Part shown: one piece after another, positions 26,801 through 38,800 of the stretch | Layout: every line of letters begins with the position of its first letter | How positions within the stretch are numbered: position 1 is the first letter of the stretch | From: Lama glama | Lineage: Eukaryota | Reading direction: 5' to 3' | NCBI GenBank assembly: GCA_028534125.1 | Contig: CM052817.1 | Location: 68,388,001-68,452,000, forward strand | DNA: 64,000 bases | The notes under the pieces: model-generated | Database searches by the model: none | What the model was told of the DNA's origin: nothing | What the model saw: the letters and a program-made list of their open reading frames with translations, nothing else | Program-made: the position numbers and the translations under genes

Positions 26801-29800
26801 ATTAGAAGCCCTCATTTTCTGCCATGTATTAACCAAAGGCTGAAGAGAGCCTTGGTAGGTACCAGATGGCAGGGGAAAGTCAATTTGAGACTAAGGATTT
26901 GCTGTAGGTGATTTGCATGAGCATAATCTAGAATCAGCTAAATTTTAAAACTGAACACTGCATTTGATCAATATCTCTTTAAGGATTCTGTAGATTAATG
27001 ACATAAATTCTCCAGAACTGACAGTGTTTTCCTTTTGTAACATCATCAAATCACAAAGTTAGGGTTGTCTTTTGTAAATATTATTGACTTATTCTGAACT
27101 TTTAGGAGCTATGTCATCATGGTTTAAATTTGTGCTCATATGCACAAAAGAGGAAAAAATTGGACATTTCTGGATTTATGTTCACTTTGTCAGAAACAAT
27201 GTTATTTTTCAAAACTCTTTAGCCTTGTTTTCATAAGTCAGAGTTTTCAAATTCAGTTTCTGTGGAAAAATCCCTAAATGGTCAAAGGTGTGTTGCTAAA
27301 TTTATAGACACTAACTCCTTTGGATAGACTTCATGAATGTAAGTTTCCTCCCACCCAAAATATTTTTCTAAAGCCTTTGGTGCCTCCTGTTTTATTTCAG
27401 TGTTTAGATTTCCCAGGTACTTGGTAATTGTCTGCCAAATGCTTTCATGCCAACAAATAGCAAATAATAGAAGACAACAAATTACAGCTTATGCTTAGTT
27501 GTATTTTTTTAATGTACATGGGTATTTAGAGTTGGCTTTTATGTAACTTACTATGGCTAAATTTCCTACTGGATAAATTGTCCCAAGTTCGTCTGATTTT
27601 CTTTGTGAAATACCATGAAATATTTATATAATGGTGGTTGCAAGTCCTTTGTCCCTTGAATTGAGTTTTTAAATCATTGATGAATTAAAAAGTTCATTGC
27701 ATCTTGGTGTCTGTGTATGGTCAAGAATTAAGATATTCCCCTGTATAGTTTTATTTCCTAATTAAGGCAGAATTGCTTTTGAAACATTTAAATTTGGGGA
27801 AGGAAATACAAAATTATGAAGAAATGATTTGTAGATTTGCTAAATGTCCTGTTCTTTAATCTTGTGTTGCTGTCTGATGAATTCTATAGCTTTAATACTT
27901 AGAAAATAATGAACTGAACGTTAGAATCATCCAGCTTCTGACTCAGAATGCTATTCATGAGATCTGTTATCCTGGGTGTTGGTGTTATAAATGTTCAGCG
28001 TTGGAGAGTTGTCTATGAATAGAGTTTGCCAGGCTAATATTAAATTTTTTGACAATGAGAATCACATGAAATTTAGGGTTAGGGTATGGGGAACTTCTTG
28101 GAGTTACTACTTTTTCCAGTTGGAGATTAGGGTTGGGAGGTGGAAGTACAGTGACAAGGAGGACCCTTCCCTTCCATCTGCATACCTGGCGTTTGTTACC
28201 TGTATGGAGGGGCGTGCACTACGCTTAAGAGGCTGTGCGACTCCCGTCTGGATTGTATAGTAACTGCATCAGTCATCTTAGTCTGAAGCATTTTATTATT
28301 TCCTTTTCAAAGGTTGTGCTTGCCTAATATTTGAGCATTTTATAATGCATTACAGTAAATTGAACAATACATTAGAAGATAGGGGTACCTTCGGATAATG
28401 AAGGGGCTCAATTTCTGGGTTTCTTATCCCTCATTTTCCTTAACACTGTCCAAAGCCCAGGATTGACTCCAGATCTGTAAACCTGTGTTTAGTCATCCCG
28501 GAGTAGTTTAGTTTCTCTAGTTTGTGTTAGTTACAATTTTATAAAATCTTCAGATCTTTAGCCATGCCTGAGATCACTGAGAACCCTAGGAAAGGGCAGA
28601 GGGTCACTGAGAGCCCTCACATGAGCTGAAGCTGTGGTCGGGGGCGGGCGAGCCATAGGAGAGAGTCCTACAGCTGTGAACTTTGTTGACAGGCTTGCCC
28701 ATGCTAACCACTGTGGCTGTTGTACAATGGCTGCAGGGAAACAGATCATCAGGAGAAAATGGGGCTGATTTTTCTGTATTATGTACTACTAATGAAACCA
28801 ATTTTAGTGCTCTCCACAGTGGGGTTTATACCAGAAAAAAATACATGTAGGGCATTTATTTTCGGCAACTTTCACAAAAATTGTAGTGATGTGAAAATTT
28901 CCTTATGTGTCAACAAAGACTAGACCTCCAAAACTTTGTGGAGATAATCTATTCCAGGTTTAACATTGCTTTGATTTAAAATGCAGTTTTGTATAGTTTT
29001 AAAATGCAAATTTTAGAATATGGGACATTGGCTAAAATTTCATGCTAGAAGTCTTATTTAATGGATATAAATATTGATACCTTAAAATTTTCTAAATCTA
29101 TGTGTGGCAAGGCTGATTTATGTTAAGGAAGAGAAATGTGACCCAACTTTAAGATATTATGAGACAAAGACTATACAGAACTGTTTGCCTGCTTGGTACT
29201 AATATAACTAGTTAGAAAATAATGATGTTTGCTATTCTTTATTGACTTCTTTTACCTTTATTTAATATATTTTTCTTAAACTAGATTATTCAAAATTGGC
29301 ATTTTAGAGTATTAAAGAAACGGTATCCTTTTATATTTTCCCCTATTCACACATAACCCTAGTCATAAACAGTTTTCTTTCATATGTGATCCAGAATATA
29401 ATTTGCAATTTATGCTTTGTTTTCAGCTTTTTGCTTAGATTGTGCCTGATATATTTCATTATTTTAAGAAATGTGTCAACATCAAGATATGGTGAGTTCT
29501 TTTAAAGTTAGCAACAGCAACAATAAAAACAAAACACCAATTTGTTTTAAATCTAGCCAACATGAAAAAAAAACTCTAACAAGCAAATGTAAAATGTATG
29601 CTTTTAAAAATACAGAGCGGTCATTCTGGATCAATAGTTAAATTATTACTTTAATTAAATCAAATTGGCCTTAGGATTTTTTCTTCTGATATTACTGAAA
29701 AGGAGGCTTCATTCACCTAATTTTAAATTATACAAACAAATACACAACTGGAAAGTTAAAGTGAATATTTTATGCTTTGTAAAGGAAAAGCATTACCAGA

Positions 29801-32800
29801 AAAGAAGGAATAAAATCATCTCTCCCCTTACTTCTAGAATCTCTAGGCTGGTCAATCCCTGACCATTATTAGTATGTGTTTCAAGTTTCTTCCATTTACT
29901 TTCATAAAACTGGGTGATCTATGTATCTTAAAGTGAAATGGCTGAGCTTTTGCACTAATTCTTGTTGCTATTGACAACCAAAGCAGCCATGCAAGAAGAA
30001 AGTGCTGTGGAAGGAAAGAAAAACCTTAATATTTCCTCCCCAAAGTTGGAGAGAAAAGGGAACACACAGTATGTAAGAAACAGGTAAGTAAAGCTCTCTC
30101 AATTTAAAAACTACCAGCCTTGGTTACTAATTGATCAAAAGTTTTAATTTTTTTCAGATATTTTGTCCAACACTCATTTAAATAAAAGGATACTGTCTCT
30201 TGGAACCAAAAATTAATACTCTGAAAATGAAAAATTGGATTGGAAGGTACAGTGTCACAAAAGGTCTGGAATATTTTAATTTAGAATTTGAACTGTGAAA
30301 GAATAGCACAACTTCAATTATTGGGTAATATTTTTGTTACAAAATGTTTTTTAATGACAGAATGGTGACTAAAATATTACTATTCTAAACATGTCCTAGA
30401 TTTTTTTTTTTTGTTTCAGAAAAGCACTGAAAGTTGCATATGTGTAAGTCTCCGGGAATGTAACAAGTTGATAAATACCCAAGTCCAGCCTCCTTACAGA
30501 GAAAAGATCTGGAATTTCTTTTTTTGGACATTTGTTTTGCAGCTTTCTACGTCTTAAGGCAGAGAATAGCCAGAATAAGGTGCCAGCTCAAAGGTTAGAT
30601 GAACATATTTTTTGAAATAATTTTGGCTAATCCACATCTTGAAAAGCATACTTCTAAATAATTACTTCACAAAGTTATTAATAAAACTTAATGTTAGTGC
30701 TGCTTTTGAGTTGCTTTTTGGGGAGAAAACTATATTCCTTAGAGATGTGTTTATCCTGTTCATAATTTTATTTCAGTTACTACATTAAACTTTTTCCTTT
30801 CAGTTTATAATTCCTTTCTCCTGTTTTATGAATCTAATAAATTGACCTCCATTCTAACCTAAAGGACAGTTTATATTGTTAATACTTAAAGAAGCAGATA
30901 AAAAAAAAAGTCCACCAAATGAAATTACTAACACCATGCTATCATTAACCTGAGGGAGTTGTATCTCATATTCATTAATTCTCCATGGAAAAAATCAGGT
31001 AAGAAATATTTTTATTGTATAAAGTATGTAAGATGTTCTAATAGCACCTATGAATATCCGTGCTACTGTTTTGGTACATGAAGGATTTCTCATTTTAAAT
31101 ATTTTGGGACAGTGTCACCTGACAAATCACCCTTATGATACTGTAGTGGAAATTTGTGGTGAAATATATGAAATTCTATTTACACTGGTACCAGGAAGAC
31201 CACGCACTTTAAACTGATACATGGGGGATACTATCACATGTCACAGAAAATGTTTTTAAGGGTAGATTTTAATAAAAACATTTGGGAACAAAATTGATAG
31301 TTCCAGAAATAAAAGTTAAGGAATTTCTTTGTTCAGGGACACTTAAAAATATCAAAGCATATGTACCTTATATTTACTATCAGCTACAGGATGAACTAGC
31401 AGAGCTATGGCCGAGGTCAAGGAGGCAGCACTGAACAAAGAGTATAATGTGGGCTTTGTCACCAGCAAATGAGGTTTGAGAACCTGTTCCTGTGATTCAC
31501 CAACTATAACATGCTAGATATTTTATTTAACTTTTCTGAGCCACAATTTCCAAATCTTTAAACCTACTGGACAAGACTGTTGCCGTAAGGGGAGGGAGTG
31601 CCTTGTGCAGAACAATTCTTGATAAATGTTTGCTATCATTGTTGCAAGGTCAATATAAAGAATATAAATGAAGTTTTTAAAATATTTATTTATTATTTTA
31701 TTATTTTGGTGGGGGCGGGGGCGGTACTTAGGTTTAATTTGTTTTCAGAGGAGCTGATGGGGATCGAACCCAGGGCCTCGTGCATGCTAAGCATGTGCTC
31801 TACGGCTTGAGCTATGCCCTCCACACTACAAATGAACTTCAGAACACTCTTTTACTGGGGTCCATCATAGCATCCATGGTATACAGTATATTGTAAAATA
31901 CATTTTATTTACCATGCCCATTGTTTGGAAATAATCCATTGGAAGTAGTAGAAAATTTCTCGAGTTATTCATTTCTAAAATAAAAACTGCCAGTGGTTAA
32001 CTGTACTTCTGAACCAGTCCTTTTCCACTGCTTTGATAACATCCATTTGCAGACATCAGAATGAAGTATGGTTTTGGTTACTTAATGCAAGGAAAAGGAA
32101 CTGGAAAGAATGAGACTTGAATTGTGCAACTACGTTTAGAGTTAGTGATTTACTTGACACACATTTGAGAGCTTACTAGAGGCAAGGAGCTAGTTAGGTG
32201 CTGGGAGGAATACAAACGTTTGTAGAATATGGACTCTTGCTTGCCAGGAGCTGATTTGGTAAGATGGTTGTTGTCTCTTATTCCTTCCAGGATTCTAAAA
32301 TAGGCAAGAGTTAGGGGAAAAGAGTTGAGGTTGTTTAGAGGAAGAATTACTTCCTATGTGAGGGGATCAAGGAAGATTTCACGGACTCAGTAGTGTTCAG
32401 TTGGCTCATTCATTCAATAGATACATACTGAGGGCTATTACCTGTCTGACCCTGGGCCAACCACTGCAGACCTGTCAGTAAGAGGAAGCTACAGGCATTT
32501 ATGTCCGTCACTGTCAGTGTTGAAGGCCAGCAGATGAAGCCACTATTACTGGATGACAGGTGAGTTTTGAGACAGGCATGTTTTGAGGTAGGATACTGTG
32601 AGGGCATATCTCAGCAGACAGTATCCCTCAAGAGTGATGGACTCGTGGCCCAGCTAAATCCTGGGGGATAAGTAAGTCAAGTGAAGGGCACCCTACCAGA
32701 CAGAAAAATGCGTTAATACTTCAGAAGCCAGAATGAGGGCATATTCCAGGAAATGTCAGAACCTTAATCTGGCCTTGGGGTCTCTGTGGAGGGCACCTGA

Positions 32801-35800
32801 TGAGTGACGCCAGAGGAGAGGTTGGCGTGGGCTAACTCATGGAAGGCCTTTGATGTCATAGTAAATAGATTAACCTTTATCCCAAAGTTGCAGAGGAACA
32901 CTATAGATTTTAAGTAGGGAAATTACATAATTGAGTCTATATTTCAGAGGTGATAAGCTGGTGCCAATGGGTCAGATCTAGCATAGAGGTGAACTTGATT
33001 TCATTCACAGGGTGTTTCAACATTTTTTGAATAGTTGTCAGTGTTTCATGAGACATGGATTTCAGGCCAGGGTTTGTTGAAAAATCTCTGCATTGCCACA
33101 AGGAGCCACAAGGGCTGGAGTTGCTTGGCAGCTACCCTGTGTGGAAGAAGCATGTATTCCATGTTACCATGGGGCTCACTTTGGGCAAATGCCAGAGGCC
33201 TGTACGCATTTGAGGTTCTGGGGCCAATTTCTGAACATTTTCCTGATTGGTGATTAAGAGCTAGATAGTTGAGGCTCAGGGCTAGAGGCTGTTACAGTAA
33301 ACCTGGTGAAAAATTAGGTTTTGTCTTAAGCAGGACTGGTGGGAACAGAGAAGAATGGGGATTTGAAAAATACGAAAAAGAAAGGAGGGCGAGGCATGCC
33401 TTAGGACAGTGGTGGGGAGTGCAGGCTTCGGAGACAGACCTGGCTGCAGCCATGAACTGTGTCTTTGAGAAACTTACCTAACCTTCCTGAGCAGTAAAAT
33501 ATAGACAACAGCCCTACCTCGTGGGGTTTTTATCAGGGTCAAATGAGAAAAGGCAAACCCCTAGCTCAGGAACTGGCTCATATTAATTCACATTCAGTAA
33601 AGTGGTGGCAGGCGATGGTGGTGGCTGTGAGGCAGATGCAATCAAGGGTGACGCCCAAGTTTGTGGTGTGTTATTTGGCAGCTAGAGAACGTGGAGAAAG
33701 TGCAGGCGACGGCTTCGGTGTTAGATGTGGTATGTGTGACGTGCTTATGAGACCTTGAAGTGGAAAGGTGTGATACGTGGTTGGATTCTGGGGTCTGGAG
33801 CTCAGGGGTGAGGTCTGAGTGAGCGGGCACAGGCTGGGATTTGATGATCTCTCCACCACTGTCTGCTCACACCCTCCTTCCCCTCCGCCTCCTTGGGTCA
33901 ACATGATAATCCTCACAACCACCACCAGAGAGGATCAGCATTAAGCAGTAAAAGGAGTATATGGAAGAGGTAAAACAGTGTGTGTCAGCTGAAATGTTAT
34001 CTGATAGTTTTCAGTTCTTGAAAAAAATTTCTTTCCGGTTGAACATTTTGGCCTCTAGTCAAAAGAAATGAGTAATTCAACATTTGTTTCTATCAAGGGC
34101 TGAAAAAAAAATCACTCTATAAACATTCTAGGCTTTTTCCCCTTTTGGTTGGCTTTTCCTGTTTCACATCACTCTCCTAATTCCGAGCAATATTCAACTA
34201 AAAGTGAATCCTTGTTAGGAACGAATGACCACACTTGTGTTTGGAGTTTGTACTCTTTCTTAGCTGAACATCCTGAGAATCAGCCCTGGCTCCGATGCCA
34301 CCTGCTCCTCCACGCCCTCCTGACCTCAGGGGCAGGACATGTCCTCTTCATTCTCTGTACTTGGTTGTTACACTGGCATAGAGCTCGTCCCATCCTGCCC
34401 TGCAGTGTGGTTATTGGTGGCCCTGTGTTGTTTGTTCTGCTAGTCTGTGAGCTCTGTGAAGCTGGGGCCTGGGCCTTACACGCCCTTAGCTTCTTCAGTG
34501 CCGGCTCGTCTTACTCAGTCAGTACTTTGAAGGTGGAAGGACTGGGCACTTCTATATCAAAGGCATAAGAAGTATGAACAGGATGTAATCCTAACAAGCC
34601 GATCGTGGTTTTAGGAAAAACAGTTTACTGGGAAAATGAATATATTTAATTTGTCTGCCTGTCTTATGACCTTATTGCATGCCATAGATCTTAACTCTTG
34701 ATTAAGGTTCTTAAAAGAAATCAATTTACATGCTTGAAAACACATAAAGTGCAACGTGATTGTCGTCTGCTGCTTCTAGTCCATTGATTGTTTGCAGTAA
34801 TGGACGGAATCTTGATTCTTTATGTACAGGGCTCTTCAATCTGGTGATGGCCTTGTCTTAGAAGGATGCTTTTTTGCTATGTGGTCGTAGTCACGGTGGA
34901 CTGCCTTTGCGTTGCCAGACCCTGTCCTGCCTCATGCTTTTCTGGCTTTGCTTGTGCTGTGTGTCTTGAATGAAAGGCCCTTCACAGCAACCACATGGTG
35001 AATTCCTAAGCATCCTTTAAGATGCAGCTCACATTTCCTCTTGTCTTTCCTGACATTTTTCCTACTCTCGCCTGTCTGCAGAGAAAGTCCTTCTCTGTTC
35101 TTTTTTTTCCTCCATTCTTTTAATACTGCGTACACCTGTCATGTCTGTCTTTGTCAGGAGGCTATGCTCTTTCAGAGCAGGTACTGTGTACTTAGAAGAG
35201 CTCAAAGCCTGGCGGGGGTGCTAGATATGCAAACTAACTGATAATATAGCACGATACAGGTGCATATATAAGTAGATATATAAACTGTATGGCAGAGCTG
35301 TGCACGGGGATGATGAAAGCACTGAGGAGGGCTCCAAACTCAGAATGAGAGACCAAAGCAAATACTGTGTAAGCTGAATATTGAAGCCTGTCAGGATGTC
35401 CAGCAAAGGGGAAGAGTGACACTCCATGTAAGAGCGTGGAGGTATTAGAGTAGGTTATTTCCTGGGAACTGCGATTAGTTGGTATATTTGTGGTTGTCCT
35501 TGGACATGAGGCTGGTGGGATAGACAGGAGTCAGATCATGAAAGGTGGGGTCGAATGCCGTCCTAAGAGCTCGAACCAGTGAGATGGGCTCTAAGTAAAC
35601 ATGACAAGGAGTCAGTCAGTATCAGGGGGAGACTGGCATGGTGAGATCATGGGGAAGCCCGTGATTAGCGAGGTCCCTCTAGTAGCAGATTAGGACTGGA
35701 TCAAAGTCCACGGTACTGGGGGCAGGAAGACCCTTGTGCCATCACTTATTTAATCCATCCCTTATTGATGGACAGTTAAGTTGTTTCCAAGTTTCTGTTT

Positions 35801-38800
35801 AAGGTTATCTATCAGGTAAATTTGGAACAATTAGTGAATTAATGCTTTCCTTAGAAAAAAAATAAAAACAAACCATGACCCAAACTGACTAATGGCTAAC
35901 ATCCTATAATTCTAATGCACAGTTAGAAAATTGGTTCCATTTTTTAAATAATTAATATCTGTCTCAACTCATTATATATCAGCCACTCTTCAAACATAGG
36001 GATTTTGGTTGCTGAAAAAAGTGGTGATGGTTACATTAAAGTTTTCTGTCCTTTGGCGTTGATTGCCCAGTACAGGTACTGATCAGAGCATCATCTCCTC
36101 AGGTGAAACAAATATAATTTTTTTTCTAAAAGAAATACTTGAATGTGTTTCATTATATTCCAGTGAATTCTTACATTATGACATCAGATGTCTTGTAAAT
36201 TTATCTTTTTAAAGAAATTTTTTAGCACTACTTCCTTTCCAAAGCCTTTTCTGACTCTCTTAAACCTTTGTAATTGATCACTTCCTCTTGTGTATTCTCT
36301 ACACACATCTGTTACTAGGACATCCTTGCTTACTGGATTTACCTACTTGAGGACGAGGACTTGGTCTCTCATTGATTTTAATATCCTCAGTCTTTAATAT
36401 AGTATCTTAGGACTCTGGAACTATTCCTCTTTGCCATTCTTGAAATTCTCATTATAGGTAACATTTTATTGAGCTCTTAGTATGAAACGGACACTGTTCT
36501 AAGTACTTTATTTAGATATTCTCATTTAAGCCTCCCAATAGACCTATGAGTAAATTCTATGTGCATCATGTTGGTTTACTAGTTTTTAAGTTAAAAAATC
36601 GCAGTGTTAACACTGTCCTCTTGTTCAACCTATGTCTCCATTTTAGAGCAGACAGTAGCTGGGTAATCTGCACAGGCCATGCATCTTCTAAGCAGTAGGG
36701 CTGGGACCTCAGCAGCTGAACTCCAGCATCTGTGTGTTTGCCCCTCTCTAGAGTGTGCTGGTAAGTGAGCAACAGCTCACAAAGGAAGGAATACCTGTCA
36801 AGGTAGTTAAGTAGTATTTATTAAGATACGTGTATTATCCTACTCATGTTTATAAATTTTAACTATTTTTGTATTTGAAAATTTTCGAATACACAGAGGA
36901 GTTAAAACTATAGCAACATGTACAGTTGTTAACATGTTACACATTTGCACACATGCACGCACTTGCTTGCATGCTCTCTTTATGTGTATATATTTTACTG
37001 AACCATTTGAAAGTAACTTACAGACATAATGGCTTTTCGTACCTGCATACTTCAAAATGCATGCATATTATCACACTTAGGAAATTTAACATAGGTACAA
37101 TATTATCTAATACACAGTCCATATTTAGATTTCCCAAATTACTCTCAGAATGGTTTTCATGGATTTTTTCTTATTGATCCAGATCCAGTCAAGGACCACA
37201 TATTGCATTTAGTTGACATTCCTTTTTGGTCTCCTTTAACTTAGAATGGCTTAAGAACAGTTGTAGATCTCTACCTCTTTTTTTTTTTTTAATGTGCTTC
37301 TTAACAATGATATTTTTCAAGAGTACAGGTCAATTGCTTGGTAGAATGTTGCACATCTAAGCTCGTCCGAGTTGCAGGTTAAATCTTTTTTGCAAGAATA
37401 TTACATAGATGATCATATGTTATGACATTCCCATTTCACATAATGTCATTTTTATTTTATTATTCGTGATGCTAAGTTTGATCATTTAAAATTCTGTCCA
37501 CCAGATTTTTTCCACTGAAAGTCACCTTCTTCCCTTTGTAATGAGTAAGTAATCTGTGGAGTGACACATTGAAATAGTTTGAACATCCTCTTTCCCAGCA
37601 AGCTTACACCCAGTGAAAGTTTTAATATCTGTGGATAATTTTGCTCAGATTATTTCAGTGGTGGTTGTAAAATTGTGTTTTTCAAATTCTGTCAATCCTT
37701 CACTGGCATTCCTCTATAAAAAAGAGCTCTGTTCTCTTCTTTTTTAGACTCACTTTGGACCCATGGATTCTTTTATTATTCAGTTGTTATCAATTACTGT
37801 CTGTTGACTAAATGTTTGACTATAGTTTGTGAATTGTTTAAGTTCTTAATAAAAAATAATATTATGTAACCCATGAGAGCCAAAAAAAAGTCATAGATGT
37901 GATACATCAAAGAGAGAACATTTCTATACTTCATAAATGATTTAGAATCTGGGTTTCATACAAAACAAACAATAGAGTAAAGAGATTCTTTTATGCTGAA
38001 ATATTCTGGCAGGGTTACTTTAATTTTCTTAAATTATAGTGTTCTCAGCTTTGACTTTTCCTTCCTGGAAATGTAACTTAATTACCTTTACGCCTTTAAT
38101 TACTATTGATATTCTCTACCCCTCTTATCCTTCTGTGTTTAGTGTTTTTCTATAATCTGACTCTCCTCCCTTCTAAATCCACTCAAAACGCACCTTTTTC
38201 TGAATACCAGAAGAATTAGCAGATTGACCATGGAACTGGGCTAAGAAATTTTTACTGAAATCAGGCAAGTCACTTAACCTTCTGGGCTTTTGCTTGTCTG
38301 CTGGTGAAGTGAGGATTATGTCTGTCTCTCTCCTGCCTTATGTGGATGTTGTGAGGGTAAATTTAACCAGTCATATAAAATGGTTTCACGTTCTGTATTC
38401 ACGAGATCGTGTAACAGATAGTATTTTATAGTGATGACAATCAGAGGCACTTTTATTTCAGTTTTTACTACAGTGGGAATTTGGATTTGAAAATCGGATG
38501 TTGGACACTAGAATACAGGACAGTGGGAAGGCTGGAGAGTCACCTCCCCTGGGGATGCTGCAGTCTGTAGGGTTCTTCCCACTGGATTTGTTGTCCCTGT
38601 AATACAGGGAGACTCAAGGCCTTTTCCAGAGGAGCCCTGTAAAATTCTGCCTCCATTCTTTCCAGGTCCCATTAATACAGCAATGATTTGTTTAATGCTG
38701 CTTTCAGCAACTCTCTCTCTTCCAAAGCCAATTGCTCTTTGAAAAAAGATATTCCTGATTGTATGTTCTTGTTCCCGTCATATGAGTTTGTCCATATCTG

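Noticed and set aside
31740..31822. tRNA-like sequence (also 44325..44400)
   Set aside because: SINE heads with tails and TSDs and degenerate stems; not tRNA genes.
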